In this document: in pieces, positions 15,331 through 29,999 of the stretch
How the letters are laid out: the number at the start of each line of letters is the position of its first letter
How positions within the stretch are numbered: position 1 is the stretch's first letter
Position numbers and translations under genes: made by a program
Notes under the pieces: model-generated
Seen by the model: only the letters and a program-made list of their open reading frames with translations
What the model was told of the DNA's origin: nothing
Databases searched by the model: none
Source: Chrysomallon squamiferum
Taxonomy: Eukaryota; Animalia; Mollusca
Direction of reading: 5' to 3'
NCBI GenBank assembly: GCA_012295275.1
Contig: CM022670.1
Location: forward strand, 24,862,001 to 24,926,000
Length of the DNA stretch: 64,000 nucleotides

Positions 15331-15408
15331 AAAATTCAATTAAAACGTGTACCTTTATGGGAAAAAGAAAACTTTGAAGCAGCACTGAACCTTAACGTTA
15401 CGTTTTTA

Positions 15409-15492
<84 letters not shown>

Positions 15493-15655
15493 TAAAATGG
15501 TTATTCGCTTCAATAAACTGTTAAAAATAACAACAATCCACCAGAATTTGAACAAATGAATGAGGATACATAATTATATAAAATTCAATTAATACCTGTA
15601 CCTTTATCGGAAAAAGAAAACTGAAGCTGTACTGAACTTTAACGTTACTTTTTTA

Positions 15656-15686
<31 letters not shown>

Positions 15687-15779
15687 ATAAAATAGTTATT
15701 CGCTTCAATACATTATGTTAAAAGTAACAACAGTCCACCAGAATTTGAACAAATGAATGAGGATACATAATTATATAAA
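15331..15779. repeat. Diverged two-copy tandem duplication (about 250 + 200 bp), each copy with an internal (GT)n; copy 1 also has (GA)n
   Basis: aaaattcaattaa..gtacctttat.ggaaaaagaaa...ttattcgcttcaata...tccaccagaatttgaacaaatgaatgaggatacataattatata occurs at about 15331-15580 and 15580-15779. Confidence 0.9.
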
Positions 15780-16466
15780 CAGATGTGCACTAATAAGCAG
15801 TAGTTTTTATACTAACACACATTAAAAGCCAAGCACATTCAGATAATGATATATTATTGCGTGTTACATGTAAATGCAATAAGCAGGGAACTCTGTGCAC
15901 GCCCACTCCTATTTCTGGCCTTCTGTAAACAATTCAGCAGTGGCTGGAATGGGAAATTGGCAACTAACATTTACAAGCAATCTATTCGAAGTATCAGATG
16001 TCGCAATCATTTACATCAGTGACCATTGTCTTTCTCATTGTCTTCGCACGGACAACAAAGGTCACGCCTAGGTTATATTACGGTCCGAATTCTGATACCA
16101 AGATAAACTTCTGCTGAGTAAAGGTGAAGAACAAATTTCCCAAAGAAATGAAATAGTATACACACTTTATATTGTTTCCCGAAAGATCGTTCCATTTTCC
16201 ACGAGAAGGGAACATGTTATTAATTTCACTTAAGATATACCATTAATTCCAGCTTTCAACATTTTAATTTAAATCCAAAAACGTTCAAGCGTATGCTCTG
16301 CTTTTGTTCCGACTTAACAAACTTTATGTAACAATAAAATTCCTTGCGTCGACTGATTTGCACAGAGTGGAATAGTTCAGATTATCAGCTGGGATAACCC
16401 CCTCCCCCTCGGTTCTTTAGATTCCAGCCGGCATCAGTTACTGACCGATAACACGATTCGACTTGC

Positions 16467-16505
16467 TATAAAGATGACGGGAAACCCAAGACTAAGCACC
16501 ACAGT
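16467..16505 (+). promoter_or_regulatory. Hc1 core promoter: TATA box plus initiator-like ACCACAGT
   Basis: TATAAAG 16467-16473, ACCACAGT 16498-16505, ATG at 16529; the same arrangement occurs upstream of Hc2. Confidence 0.7.
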
Positions 16506-16528
16506 TTTGGACCGTTTGTCGCTGGACC

Positions 16529-16687
16529 ATGTGGTCGTTCTTGGGTCTTGTTACGTTGGTGCTCATTGTACTGAAGGTATGGGCTTATTAATATACGTTT
16601 CATATATATTTTTATTTATTATTATTATTATTATTTTTACCAGCGTCATCATCATTATTACTGTTATAATTGTTGCAGTTGTTCTTG

Positions 16688-16734
<47 letters not shown>

Positions 16735-17025
16735 GTTGTTGTCCTTTTTGAAATTACTATTCTCCGCATGCTTTGTAGAAACTGTTATTATAGTAGTAGT
16801 AGTAGCAATAGTAGTAGTAATAGTAGTAGTAATAGTAATAGTAATAGTTGTAGTAATATGAATAGTAGTAGTAGTGGTGTGGTTGTTGTGGTAGTCGTAT
16901 TAATAGTAGTAGTTGTAGTAAAAGTTGAAGTGGAAATGCAAATATTATTATATCCAGAATTTATATTATAAATATGATAAAATAATAATAATAATAACTG
17001 AAATGAAAAGAAAAGGAAACAATAA

Positions 17026-17108
<83 letters not shown>

Positions 17109-17274
17109 TTTACGTAACTTGTTTCCAGATATATATAATGTCCACGTTTTCTATGTAATTCTTAAATTAATGAAAAGAAAGAAAACTGAGAAAGTTTTCT
17201 TATTCAGTGCTGCCCATTCTAATGTTATATCTCTTTTCTTTTTCTCATTTTACAGGACACAGTTAATGGAACAG
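16529..17274 (+). CDS. Hc1 signal peptide: exon 16529-16576 (MWSFLGLVTLVLIVLK) plus 19-nt micro-exon 17256-17274 (DTVNGT)
   Basis: Hydrophobic N-terminus after TATA; AAG|gtatgg phase 0; tttacag|GACACAGTTAATGGAACAG|gtaaat phase 1 joins FU-a in frame. Confidence 0.8.
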
Positions 17275-18530
17275 GTAAATAACAACTTAATTATTTACTG
17301 TGCGTGTTTCATGAAGATTAAAAATATCTTTTTTCTTTTGCGTTACTTTTATATCATGTCCGAAAAGATCATAATATTATATTGCTTGGAAAAAGAAAAT
17401 AAATATATATATTATTTTAGTCAGAGATTTTACATTTTATTTATTTATTTATTATTATTATTATTATTATTTTTTTTTTTTTTTTGACGTAGCTTTGATA
17501 CTGCATTGTTATAAGCAACCTTTATTGTAATATTTATTACCAAAAGTTATGCAGCTTCTGAAATAAATGAATTAGACAATATCTCTTACCTGAAAGCCCA
17601 GATATAGAAAATATTTCTTTTAAAAAAGAAGGCTTCAAATTTTCAAACTTCGTCAATTATGAATTGTTGATTTGGTGATTTGGAATAATAAATACCGACT
17701 GAACAATAAATGTCTTGGGTCTAAATTCAAATAATTATAAACATATACATTATTTTGAATTCCAGGTACTCTTGTACGAAAAAATGTTGACGAATTAACG
17801 GATTCTGAAATACTCGAACTACAAATTGCTTTGGACAAGTTGGAAGCGGATGATGGTGACAATGGCTATCAGAAGATCGCTGGCTACCACGGCGCACCCA
17901 ACATGTGCACTGGGAAAAAGGGACAACCGGAATCGTGTTGCATTCATGGAATGCCCACATTTCCACAGTGGCATCGACTTTTCGTGGTGCAGATGGAACG
18001 AGCACTGGAAATGAAAGGATCATCAATCGGCATTCCGTTCTGGGACTGGACGAAGCCGATGAAGAATTTACCCAGCCTCGCAGATAATCCTATTTTCATG
18101 GATTCCCAGGGGGGTAAGGCCAAGACAAACGCTTGGCATCATGCCGAGGTCAAGCACGCAAATACGTACACGGCACGCGCAGTGGACAAACGTCTCTTTG
18201 AGCAGGTATCAGCAGGTGGACACACTCATCTGTACAATACCGTCCTGGACGCTTTGGAAGAAGATGATTACTGCAAATTTGAAGTCCAGTTTGAGGTTGC
18301 CCACAATACTATCCACTACCTCACAGGGGGGCGATATAAGTAAGTAGTTTGCGGTATATTCCTTCGCAAGAATATTTTATACTTATATCTCTGTGGTCAT
18401 GAATGTATATCTCTGTATTTATCTCTGTGATGGGATTATGTTTGTAAATGTATGTATTTCTGTATGTGACAGTATGTATATATTAGTGCGTGCACGTGTG
18501 TGTGTGCTTTTATATATTATTTGAGTGATG

Positions 18531-18570
<40 letters not shown>

Positions 18571-20846
18571 AATCTGCTATTTAGTTATTATTAAATATAA
18601 TATTACTAACTGAGATCTGATGACAAAACTGATAGGAATTCCGGATATCTCTTCAAAATTAATACCATTAAGTCCTTACTTAATAGTATTCTGTTTGTCT
18701 TCATAATCCTGCATTTCACGAACCATTTCATTATTACTATGAGTAACTTGACAGTGACAGTGTGATGGTAGTGTGTGCACCTGACCTTGAACTTTGTTGT
18801 TTTACACTTTGTGACTGTTGGTAGGTATGACTTTAGGGAGATTACCATTGACATATACGTACGTGCCTATATGTATTTCAGAATCCGTATATGTCTGTAT
18901 GTATCTTCTCTTTTCATTTATTTGTCTTTTATGGGTTATTTCTCAGTATTCATAAAGTCAATTTTCTTTATTTAATTTAATTAGTGGGGTTTTAATAAAA
19001 GAATAGTTTATTTATTTTAATTATATATATCAGATTGTAAAGATTTACAAATGTTTGTCCTAAACATCACTGGTATTATTTCGTCTACAGATACTCTATG
19101 TCAATCCTTGAATATACTTCATACGATCCAATCTTCTTCCTGCATCACTCGAATGTGGACCGATTGCTGGTGATCTGGCAGGAATTGCAGAAACTACGAA
19201 ACAAACCTTCAGACCATTCCAACTGTGCAGTAAATCTTTTCAAACACCCAATGGAACCATTCGGCAGGAGCAGCAATCCTCTGGCCATGACCATGAAAAA
19301 TGCTGCTGCCAAGGATGCTTTCGATCACAATAAATTCGGTTACACGTAAGAATAACAGACTGAAACATTTTATAGTCGATACATGATTTTATTGCAGGTT
19401 ATATCCTCTGTATTGTTAAGCAATCTCTGTTTTCTCCGATCTTTCTCTTCTTTGTTCTCTATCTCTCTCTCAGACAAAATAAAATAATGACGGGCAATAA
19501 GCATATAAAACCAAACCAAAACTTCGCTTAGCAAAAAGAATAGCAATAACAACAAAACGAAGAAGAAAAAAGAAAAAAACCCAACCAAAACAACAGCAAG
19601 TTTAAATCAATATTTCTTGTTCCCAAAATGGAAAATAATTTAAGAACTTTACCCGATGATAAATAATTATATTGTTGAACGAATTTCTAAAAGTGTGAAG
19701 CTAATGTCATTAGTATTAGTTAACCTACGCAATTCAAATAAAAACATAATTTCTTTTTTTTCTTTTTTTTAATTTATTCTTTATCTATTTTCGTTTGTTT
19801 CAGACCTTATTTTATTATTATTATATTTATTATTATTATTCTTTTTATTATTCTTATTATTTATTTATATATTTATTTATTTATTTATTTATTATTTCCC
19901 CCTTCTGATCCTAGAAATACATGACAGTTCTACAGACAATAATATTACTTGTCGTTTTGATTTCAGTTACTCCGACCTTCATCTGAATGGTTTGACCATT
20001 CCTGAACTGAAAGCACTTTTGGATGAACGACGATCGTCTGAACGCTTCTACGCAAGTTTCCGCCTGCACGGCCTGGGCACCTCAGCCAATATCGGCGTCT
20101 ACGTCTGCAAGCCAGCAGATGATGGCAAATCCAGTGATCACTGTAAATTTGCTGGCGATTTCTTTGCACTTGGAGGTCCAACAGAAATGCCCTGGATCTA
20201 CCGTCTGCCATACAACTTTGACGTCACAAAGATCGTGAACAGTTTCGGCGCCTCACACGAAGCACACTTTTATGTAAAGTCTGTTCTTGCATCTGTTAAC
20301 GGCACCACTCTGTCTTCATCTCTGTTGCCAAAGCCAACCTTTACTCACAGACCAGCCAGCGGTCAACATGATCGTAAGCATAAACTATTTATGTATATTA
20401 ATATGTTGTTGTTTTTATATTTAAGTTGTAGGAAAATATTTATGAAGAACCGAGAAAATATTTTCCCCAAATATATATATATATATTTTTTTCACCAGTT
20501 TTAAAATGTAAACCGAAATAAATTAATATAATTAGTAGAAAATACCACATTTTTTATTTCATATGAAGTCTGAGACATTGTGTATGAATTACGTTAACTT
20601 CCTACAATTAATATTGACTAAGGTATAGCGTGTCGACATTCAACATTATTATAACACTTTCAGAAAGCAAAACAACATTACCCGTAAGAGGTACGAGGGA
20701 GAACTGTAGGGGGTAAATGTATCTTTCAAATAGGGCGCTCAGTAATTAACAAATAAACTAATTTTAACTGGCTTCTAATATGTTCAACTTAAATATTTTG
20801 TTAATTTTGCAGTAATCAAATCATTAAATCAGAATCAAGGAAACAG

Positions 20847-20914
<68 letters not shown>

Positions 20915-23900
20915 CTTTTTGCAGCAACTCCACAAAAGGCTGATGCCACCAAAGTTGTTGTGAGGAAGAACATTAACCGTCTGACGGCAAAGGAAACGTA
21001 TGAACTACGACATGCACTAGAACGTCTTCAGGAGGACAAGTCTGTAGATGGTTACCAGGCAATTGCTGAGTATCATGGACTCCCAGCCCGCTGTCCTTTC
21101 CCAGACGCACGAGACAGAGTCGCCTGTTGTGTCCACGGAATGCCCACCTTCCCACACTGGCACAGACTCTTCATGACACAAGTAAACTATTGCAGTAACA
21201 CACCTTTCTGTTTATGTTTTAATTCCGTATGTCACCTGAAATCAAAGTAACAAATACAATTAACAAAGTAATTCATTAATTAATTTTTTCTACAAACAAC
21301 AACATTCGAACCAACCTAACAAATAAAAATGTATTTAAATATAAGTAAACAACTAAATTAAACTAAACTAAATTAACTAACTAAATGAATGAATGAATAA
21401 ATAAATAAATAAATAAATCAAAACTACGCATTTTGTGATGATATTATGATATGTAATTATTTTTTGAAACTGCAGATTGAAGATGCTTTGATTCGACGCG
21501 GATCGCCCATTGGAATACCATACTGGGACTGGGCGAGACCACTGAAAGAAATTCCAGCTTTCGCTGCTGATTCCACCTACACTGATCCAACAGATGGTTC
21601 TACGAAACACAATCCATTCTACAGTGCTGCTGTTGCCTTTGAAAGTGCTACCACGGCAAGAAAAGCAGACCAAAGACTCTTCCAAGCTCCAAAGTTCGGT
21701 GACCACACTTACTTATTTGATGGCATGCTTCTAGCCTTTGAGCAAGACAACTTCTGTGATTTTGAAGTCCAGTTCGAGGTCGTGCACAACGCTATTCATG
21801 ACTGGGTCGGTGGTAGCGAAAAATACGCCATGTCTTCTCTCCATTACACGGCTTTTGATCCTATTTTCTATCTCCACCATTCTAATGTTGATCGACTCTG
21901 GGCTATCTGGCAAGCGCTGCAGATCAAAAGAGGCAAACCATACAAGGCTCACTGTGCCAAATCTTACACGTCAGAACCTATGAAACCGTTTTCTTTCAAC
22001 TCACCTCTGAACAATAACGAAAAGACAAAGAAGAACGCTGTTCCTACTAACGTTTACGATTATGAAAATGTTCTCGGTTATGCATACGACACTCTCGAAT
22101 TCGGTGGAATGTCAGTCGATGAACTGGACCATTACATAGAGGCTCTAAAACGAAAAGACAGGGTGTACGCTGGTTTCATGCTCGCAGGCATTAAGACATC
22201 AGCAAATGTTGAAGTTTCTGTTAAGAAAACAGGAGGAGAGGCATACAATGTGGGAACGTTTTCAATTCTAGGAGGTACCAAAGAAATGCCATGGTCTTTT
22301 GACAGACAATACTGGTAAGTTATAGAAACACTTTATGTTATTTTTAAAATGTCTGAAGAGAATGAGAGAAAGAAACGAGAGCAAGGAAGAAGACGAGAGC
22401 GAGGCTGAAAAGGATTTATATAAACAGTTAACAAAAAATGAAGACCTAAAATAATACTAAATTAATAACTGTAATTGATTAACATTTTGTTTTTCTTTTC
22501 TTTTCAGGATGGATATCACGGACGCACTGAAAGAATTAGGTTTGGATTACAACGGTGATTTTCATATCGAGCATTCCATAACAGATGTCAGTGGAGCAAA
22601 ACTCGACGACAGTCTCATTCCTAACTCCAGTGTATTGCACAAACCGGCTTTGGGTGAGAATACAATATAATATTAATTTTGTATATCTCGTAAACGAGAA
22701 AAATGCGACAAATAACGGTGAAACAGAATACATAAAATTATTTTTATTTATCTATTACAGCTGATCCCCTTGAAAAGCATGAGCATATAAAAGTGAGAAG
22801 AAACGTAAACAGTCTTACGCGGGAAGAAATGCTTTCGTTAAGGAAAGCTTTAGCAGCTCTACAAGCTGATAAATCTCCTGGAGGATTCGAACAGATTGGC
22901 GCATTCCACGGAGAACCTGAATGGTGTCCAAAACCAGAGGCAGAACACAAGTTTTCCTGCTGTGTTCATGGCATGGCAACCTTCCCTCATTGGCACAGAC
23001 TTCTCACAGTTCAGTTTGAGAACGGTCTTAGAAAACATGGCTACTCAGGAGCTTTGCCTTACTGGGAATGGACAATACCGCAGACTGCACTGCCCAAGCT
23101 CGCTGCTGACAAGACGTATGTTGATCCAACCAATGGAGAAACACACGATAACCCTTGGGAACATGCCCACATTGGCCGTGCTAATACAGACACAACACGA
23201 GATGTAAAAAAAGAACTTTATGAGCAACCTAAGTTTGGTCATTATACCCTGGTTGCAGAACAGGTACTCCTGGCACTGGAACAGGAAGAGTTTTGTTCCT
23301 TTGAGGTACATTTCGAAATTGCTCACAATCTTGTACACGTTTTAGTCGGTGGTACTGGAGAGTATTCCATGGCTTCTCTTCGATACACGGCATTTGATCC
23401 TATCTTTTTTCTGCATCATTCCATGGTTGACAGGATATGGGCCATCTGGCAGGCACTGCAGAAATATCGAGGCAAGGCATACAATTCAGCTAACTGCGCC
23501 TTAACTGAAATGAGGAAACCTCTTCAACCGTTTGGATTAGACAGTTCGATCAATCCAGACGCTAAGACACGGGACCATGCCATTCCTCTGAACTCATTCA
23601 ACTACAAGAGTGCATTTGGTTATGAATACGACAATCTTGAATTCAACGGCTTGTCCATTCCGCAGCTGGCAAGAGAACTGGATAGAAGGAAGGGTAGTGA
23701 CAGAATCTTTGCCGGCTTTTTGCTTCACGGAATTAAAAAATCTACACTAGTTAAATTCCATATTTGCAAGGACGACGACTGCAGCCACTATGCAGGCGAA
23801 TTCTACATTTTGGGAAGCGAAGAGGAGATGCCGTGGAATTACGACAGACTGTTCAAGTATGACATCACTGAGAAACTGAAAGATCTTGGTCTCCGATATA

Positions 23901-26019
23901 CTGATAAGTTCTCTATACATTACGACGTAGTCGATCTGTCTGGACAAAATCTTGGTTCTGATGTCTTTGGAGCAGCAACAATTTTGAGAGATCTTGGAAG
24001 TGGTGAGAAAAATGACAGTTTTTATAACACTACGTTCTTTAAATATATCTGATCTCTTTATCTTTATAACGATCTTATAAATTTGGTAAACGTGTAATTT
24101 GGAAACTTTGATAGATTCCTTATACTCTTTTTCTTTATCCTTTTTTTTTTTTTGAAAAACAGACATCACTAACAGGATAAGATAGCCTGCCTTTATATTT
24201 ATAGTAATATAATGGAACAGAATAATCCAAATGTTGTTACTACAACAGCTGTAAAGACAGGGTAACAATAAACAATATGATAAACACAAACCTATTTATC
24301 ATTTCAGCAAATAAAAATATTTTCCAGTACTGATACCATAATTATAACTTTATACCACAGGTCAAGTTCGATAATCGATACTATATTATATTTTATTCAT
24401 TTTAATTTTCGTTTCCTTAGATAACAATTATAAACTTTTCCAATCAATAATCCGTTTCATTTGCAGGCGTCGACGATACCGATGTTTACGTTGAAGCTGT
24501 CACAGCTGCCAGTCATGTTAGAAAGAACCTTCATGATCTCAATGACGGTGAGATTGAAAGTCTGAGGGCTGCCTTCAACCATCTCGCTGATGAGGGTAAA
24601 TATGAAGAAATTGCCAAATTCCACGGAGCTCCAGGCCTTTGTGAACTCAACGGAAAGAAGATAGCTTGCTGCCATCACGGCATGGCTACCTTCCCACACT
24701 GGCACAGACTTTACCTCGTGCAAGTCGAGAACGCCTTACTAGAAAAAGGTTCAGCTGTTGCTGTACCGTACTGGGACTGGACCACCCCAATAAAAGAACT
24801 TCCAAGTCTGATTGCAGATGCTACATACTATAATTCACGCCAACAAAGATTCGACCCCAATCCTTTCTTCAGAGGGAGCGTCAGCTTTGAGAACGCAGTA
24901 ACTTCAAGAGATATTAAATCTCAACTATTCGACAACAACTACTTTTATGAAAACGCCCTGCTAGCTTTGGAGCAAGACAACTTTTGCGACTTCGAAATCC
25001 AGTTTGAAATCCTTCACAATGCACTTCATTTGTGGGTCGGTGGTAGAAGCAAATATTCTATGTCTTCACTTGAGTACACAGCCTTTGATCCACTGTTTTT
25101 CCTGCATCATTCGAACACTGATAGACTCTGGGCTATCTGGCAAGAGTTACAGCGCTACAGACATAAGACATACAACTCTGCCAACTGTGCCATTAACAAG
25201 ATGGGCATACCTCTGGAACCTTTTGATAACAAAGACCTGAACAAGGATAAAGTAACTCAACATAATAGCCGACCAGCCGACACCTTCGACTACCAGAATA
25301 AGTAACTTATTTTCTATCTTTGACGGTTTCGCTTCAACAGTAATGTATATATCGACACACACACACAAACACACACACACACACACACATCATGCATGTG
25401 TATATATATATATATATATGTATGTATGTAGTAGTAGGTATGTATGTATGTGTGTGTATGTATGTATGTATGTATGTACAATTAAATACACATCCATGTT
25501 TTACAAAAAAATAATAATAATAATTATAACAATGAAACTATATAATTTCAGATTCCATTACAAATACGACAATCTGGAATTCAATCACATGAACATCCCT
25601 CAACTGGATCAACTTCTCCAAGAGAGGAAAACACACGACAGAACCTTCGTTGGCTTTCTTTTGCACAATGTTGGAGCTTCAGCTAATGTAGACATATTCG
25701 TCTGCGTCCCTACTGGCCACGGTGAAAAGAACTGCAACAACCTTGCTGGAACTTTCTCCCTTTTGGGTGGTCCTCTGGAAATGCCTTTTACGTACGACAG
25801 ACTGTACAAATACGACATCACAAATACACTTCTGAAACTCGGAATAAGTCTCGACTGCGAAACGTACGACATCAAAATTAAGATCCACACCGTGGATGGC
25901 AAGACCATAGACAGTCATGCTTTCCACACACCTACAATTCTGTTTGAACCTGGAACAGGTAACCATTATTTTGCAAATATAGTTTATATGCTGAGGATTA
26001 TGTATCATTCTGACTTATT

Positions 26020-26062
<43 letters not shown>

Positions 26063-28438
26063 CTTCATCATATGTATCATTTTACATCCCACATAGGTAG
26101 CTTAAAAGCTACTGTGTTATTGTTATATTAATATTTAGAAATGTATATATTTAATATTTAATAGATTATCTAACTTGTATTTTATTTATGTTGTGTGTGT
26201 CTGTTTCAGAATCACATCAACATGCTGACGGCAAGACAGAACCATACAAAGTGAGGAAGAACATTGAGACTTTAAGCCCATTCGAAATATTGTCTTTGGC
26301 TAAGGCCTTAAAAGCGATGCAGGCCGATTCTTCAGCTGACGGTTATCAAGCCATTGCTTCATTCCACGCTCTACCTCCACTGTGTCCTAGCCCTACCAGT
26401 GCAGAAAGATACGCCTGCTGCGTCCACGGAATGGCAACATTCCCTCAGTGGCACAGACTGTATACCGTTCAGTTTGAGGATGCACTTCGTAGACATGGCT
26501 CCCTGGTCGGAGTACCATACTGGGACTGGTTACGTCCTGTGAAATCACTGCCGGCGCTGTTAACCATGCCTACGATCCATGATCCAATTACAAATATCGA
26601 TTTCGAAAATCCTTTCTTGAAAGCCAAGATAGAATTTGAGAACTCGGTAACCGAGAGAGAACTTGACACTGAGAAGCTGTTTGGTCAAGAGAGCTACAAG
26701 AACTGGTTCGTGCAACAAGCACTTCTAGCTCTTGAGCAAGATAATTACTGTGACTTCGAAATTCAGTTCGAAATTCTGCACAACGGAGTTCACATATGGA
26801 TGGGAGGCAGCAAAGTCCACTCAATGGCACACCTTCACTATGCGTCGTACGACCCAGCCTTTTATATTCATCACGCAGAAACTGACAGGCTATGGGCAAT
26901 TTGGCAAGAGCTGCAGGAATTTAGAGGTCTGGATGGAAGTGAAAGCAACTGCGCCATAGATCTGATGAAAGTTCCTTTGAAACCGTTCAGCTTTGGCAGT
27001 CCATATAACTTAAATGGAAAGACAAAAGAATTCTCCAAACCTTCGGACACATTCGCTTACAAAGAACGATACAGCTATGTGTATGATTCCTTAGACTTCA
27101 TGGGACTCAACACCGCCAGACTTGAATCGTTCATTAGGGAAAAAAAAGAAAGCAACCGAGTATTTGCCGGCTTCCTTTTGAAAGGATTTGGAGCTTCTGC
27201 TACGGTTACATTCGAGGTAATAATAAAACAAACAAACAAACAAACAAACAAACAAACACACAAACACACAAATAAAGAAACAAAGAAACAAATAAATAAA
27301 GAAACAAAGAAACAAATAAATAAATAAATTAGAAAATAAAACAAAAAATAATAAATTTAATATTCTTATTAATCAAATTACTGAACTATAGAAATTGCAA
27401 AAATAAATCAATAATAACAGCAGTAAACACAAATACAACATTAATAGAGAAATAAACCTAACAAAGAATAAAAACGCACAGCTTTGTGCACTAGCAGCAT
27501 CGTTTTCATTGTCATTCAACCAGACTCGGACTGAGTGTTTTCGTAGTTACATAACATTAACTAGAATCTGTTTTAAAGGACTGCAAAGAGACTTATTAAT
27601 TTCTATACGGTTTTAATTAAACTACAGTTGCAGCATAAAAATAAAAATAAAAATACGTTATAAATTTCTCTTTCAGATCTGCAAACCTGATGGAAGTTGT
27701 AAAGAAGGAGGTTACTACACCATTCTCGGAGGTTCATCTGAAATGCCTTGGGCCTTTGATCGTCTCTACAAATACGACATCACCAGCGCCCTTCATAGCT
27801 GCGATCTTCATTACGACGACGTATACTCCGTCAAAGTCCACATCAAAGCTCTGAATGGAACAGTACTTAACGACTTGATTCCTTCACCAAGCATTATTTT
27901 CGTTCCAGGCACAAGTATGAATAACATTTAAATATTATAAATACTTAAGAAAGAAATTATTCGCGTTTTCTATTCAGTATTTGTTCCACTGTTTTGTAAC
28001 TTTATTCATACAACATTATTACCAATCAAATTATCATAACATTACATTTTAGTAGATTGCTTTTAGTTAGACGGTATGGATACACATAGCCGTAGATATT
28101 ACATTTAAGTTGCAATATTTTGTATGAAAATTATTATTAATTTTATTTAAAAAAAGACAATAATATGATATTGAATGATTATGTAAAAGCGATTCTAAAC
28201 AGCAAAAGCAAAAAAATTTGTTGTTCATATTTTATTGTCAGTCAACAAAATATAAAACAAAATATAAATGATAATCGTTAATTTGATTCAAGATTCGAGG
28301 CTGATTCTACAAAGAATAACAGTTTCCTTAGAAAAGGTATAAATGTCATTCTTTACAGATTTAAGCAGTCGATATCCATTTACTCAGATATAATGAATTA
28401 GCTTCAGAACATAGCGGCAGACGCTTTTATAATAATTA

Positions 28439-28484
<46 letters not shown>

Positions 28485-29938
28485 ACAGGGGACGACTTCA
28501 GATGGAAGCATTCTCCAAACACCGTACGAAAAGACTTAGATTCTCTAACTGAGAGAGACATTCAGAGTCTGACAGCTGCTCTACGTGATCTAGAGAACGA
28601 CAAGGGACCTGATGGTTTTGCTACCATCGCTTCTTTCCACGGCATGCCTCTGTTGTGTCCAGATCCCCAGAATCCGACAATGGCTTGCTGCCACCATGGA
28701 ATGGCAACATTCCCACACTGGCACAGACTTTACGTTCTGCACTTTGAGGAAGCTTTGAGAAGACACGGTAGCAGTGTAGCGGTTCCATACTGGGACTGGA
28801 CGAAACCCGTCACAGTTCTGCCGAAATTATTCACCGAACCACGTTACTACGATGTCTGGAGAAATGAGGTTGTTCTAAATCCCTTTGCCAGAGGTTACAT
28901 CCCTTCTGAATCAACGCACACAGTGAGAGATGTTCAAGACATGCTCTTCGAACTTTCCATAGACAAAAAGCACTCTGTTCTCTATGACTATGCTCTGTAT
29001 GCCTTGGAACAGGAAGATTTCTGCGATTTTGAAGTACAGTTTGAGGTCGTGCACAACTGGATTCATTATCTTGTTGGTGGAAGACAGACATATGCCCTTT
29101 CGTCTCTTCACTGGACGTCCTACGATCCTTTGTTCTTTTCTCATCACGCCTTCGTCGACAAAATCTGGGCTATTTGGCAAGAACTGCAGAAGAAGCGAAA
29201 CAAACCGCATGACAGAGCCGAATGCGCACTCAATCTCATGAGTACACCTATGAAACCTTTCAACTTTGATTTGAATACCAACAGCCATACAAAATCACAT
29301 GCAGTACCAAACACTGTTTTCGACTATACAGATCTGGGCTACTCCTACGATAATCTGGACCTTGCTGGAAATACCATTGACGAAATAAAAGCTACAATCG
29401 ATAGCAACAAACGCAGAAACAGAGTGTTCGCCGGATTCCTTCTACATGGTATCGGAACCTCTGCCGATGTGAAATTCCAAATCTGCAAAACGTCTGTTGA
29501 CTGCTACAAAGGTGGAGTGATATTTATCTTGGGCGGTTCCAAGGAGATGCCGTGGGCTTTTGACAGGTTATTCGAACTGGAAATCACACAAGCTCTCAAG
29601 GATGCTGGAATAGAACCTGAAGATGTCTTTGACGCACATGAGCCATTTTTCTTGAAGGTTGAAGTAACACACGTCGACGGAACGATGCTTCCGCCATCAG
29701 TGCTGCCTAAACCCACCATTATCTACAAACCTGCTGTTGGTAAGAATAATAGTCAAACTCCGATAAAACGTCGCAATAAATGTAAATCGGATATTTGTAG
29801 TGAAGACTGGATGCTGATTCCTCCGCCGTCGCCAAGACCGCCTCCGCCTTTCCCTCTGTCTTTTGATAGCGAGGATGATTAATGAACACGTAACAGTAGT
29901 TCAGCTGAGATCTTTTAATTAGGATTATTGTTACTTTA

Positions 29939-29999
<61 letters not shown>

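Noticed and set aside
16474-16971. 165-aa ORF with a long hydrophobic I/V run
   Set aside because: Its ATG lies between the TATA box and the initiator. It is out of frame with the signal peptide and runs through intronic (ATT)n/(AGT)n repeats.
29740-29882. Proline-rich C-terminal extension of the FU-f ORF (PPPSPRPPPP)
   Set aside because: It is read-through past a strong G|gtaaga donor into the linker intron.
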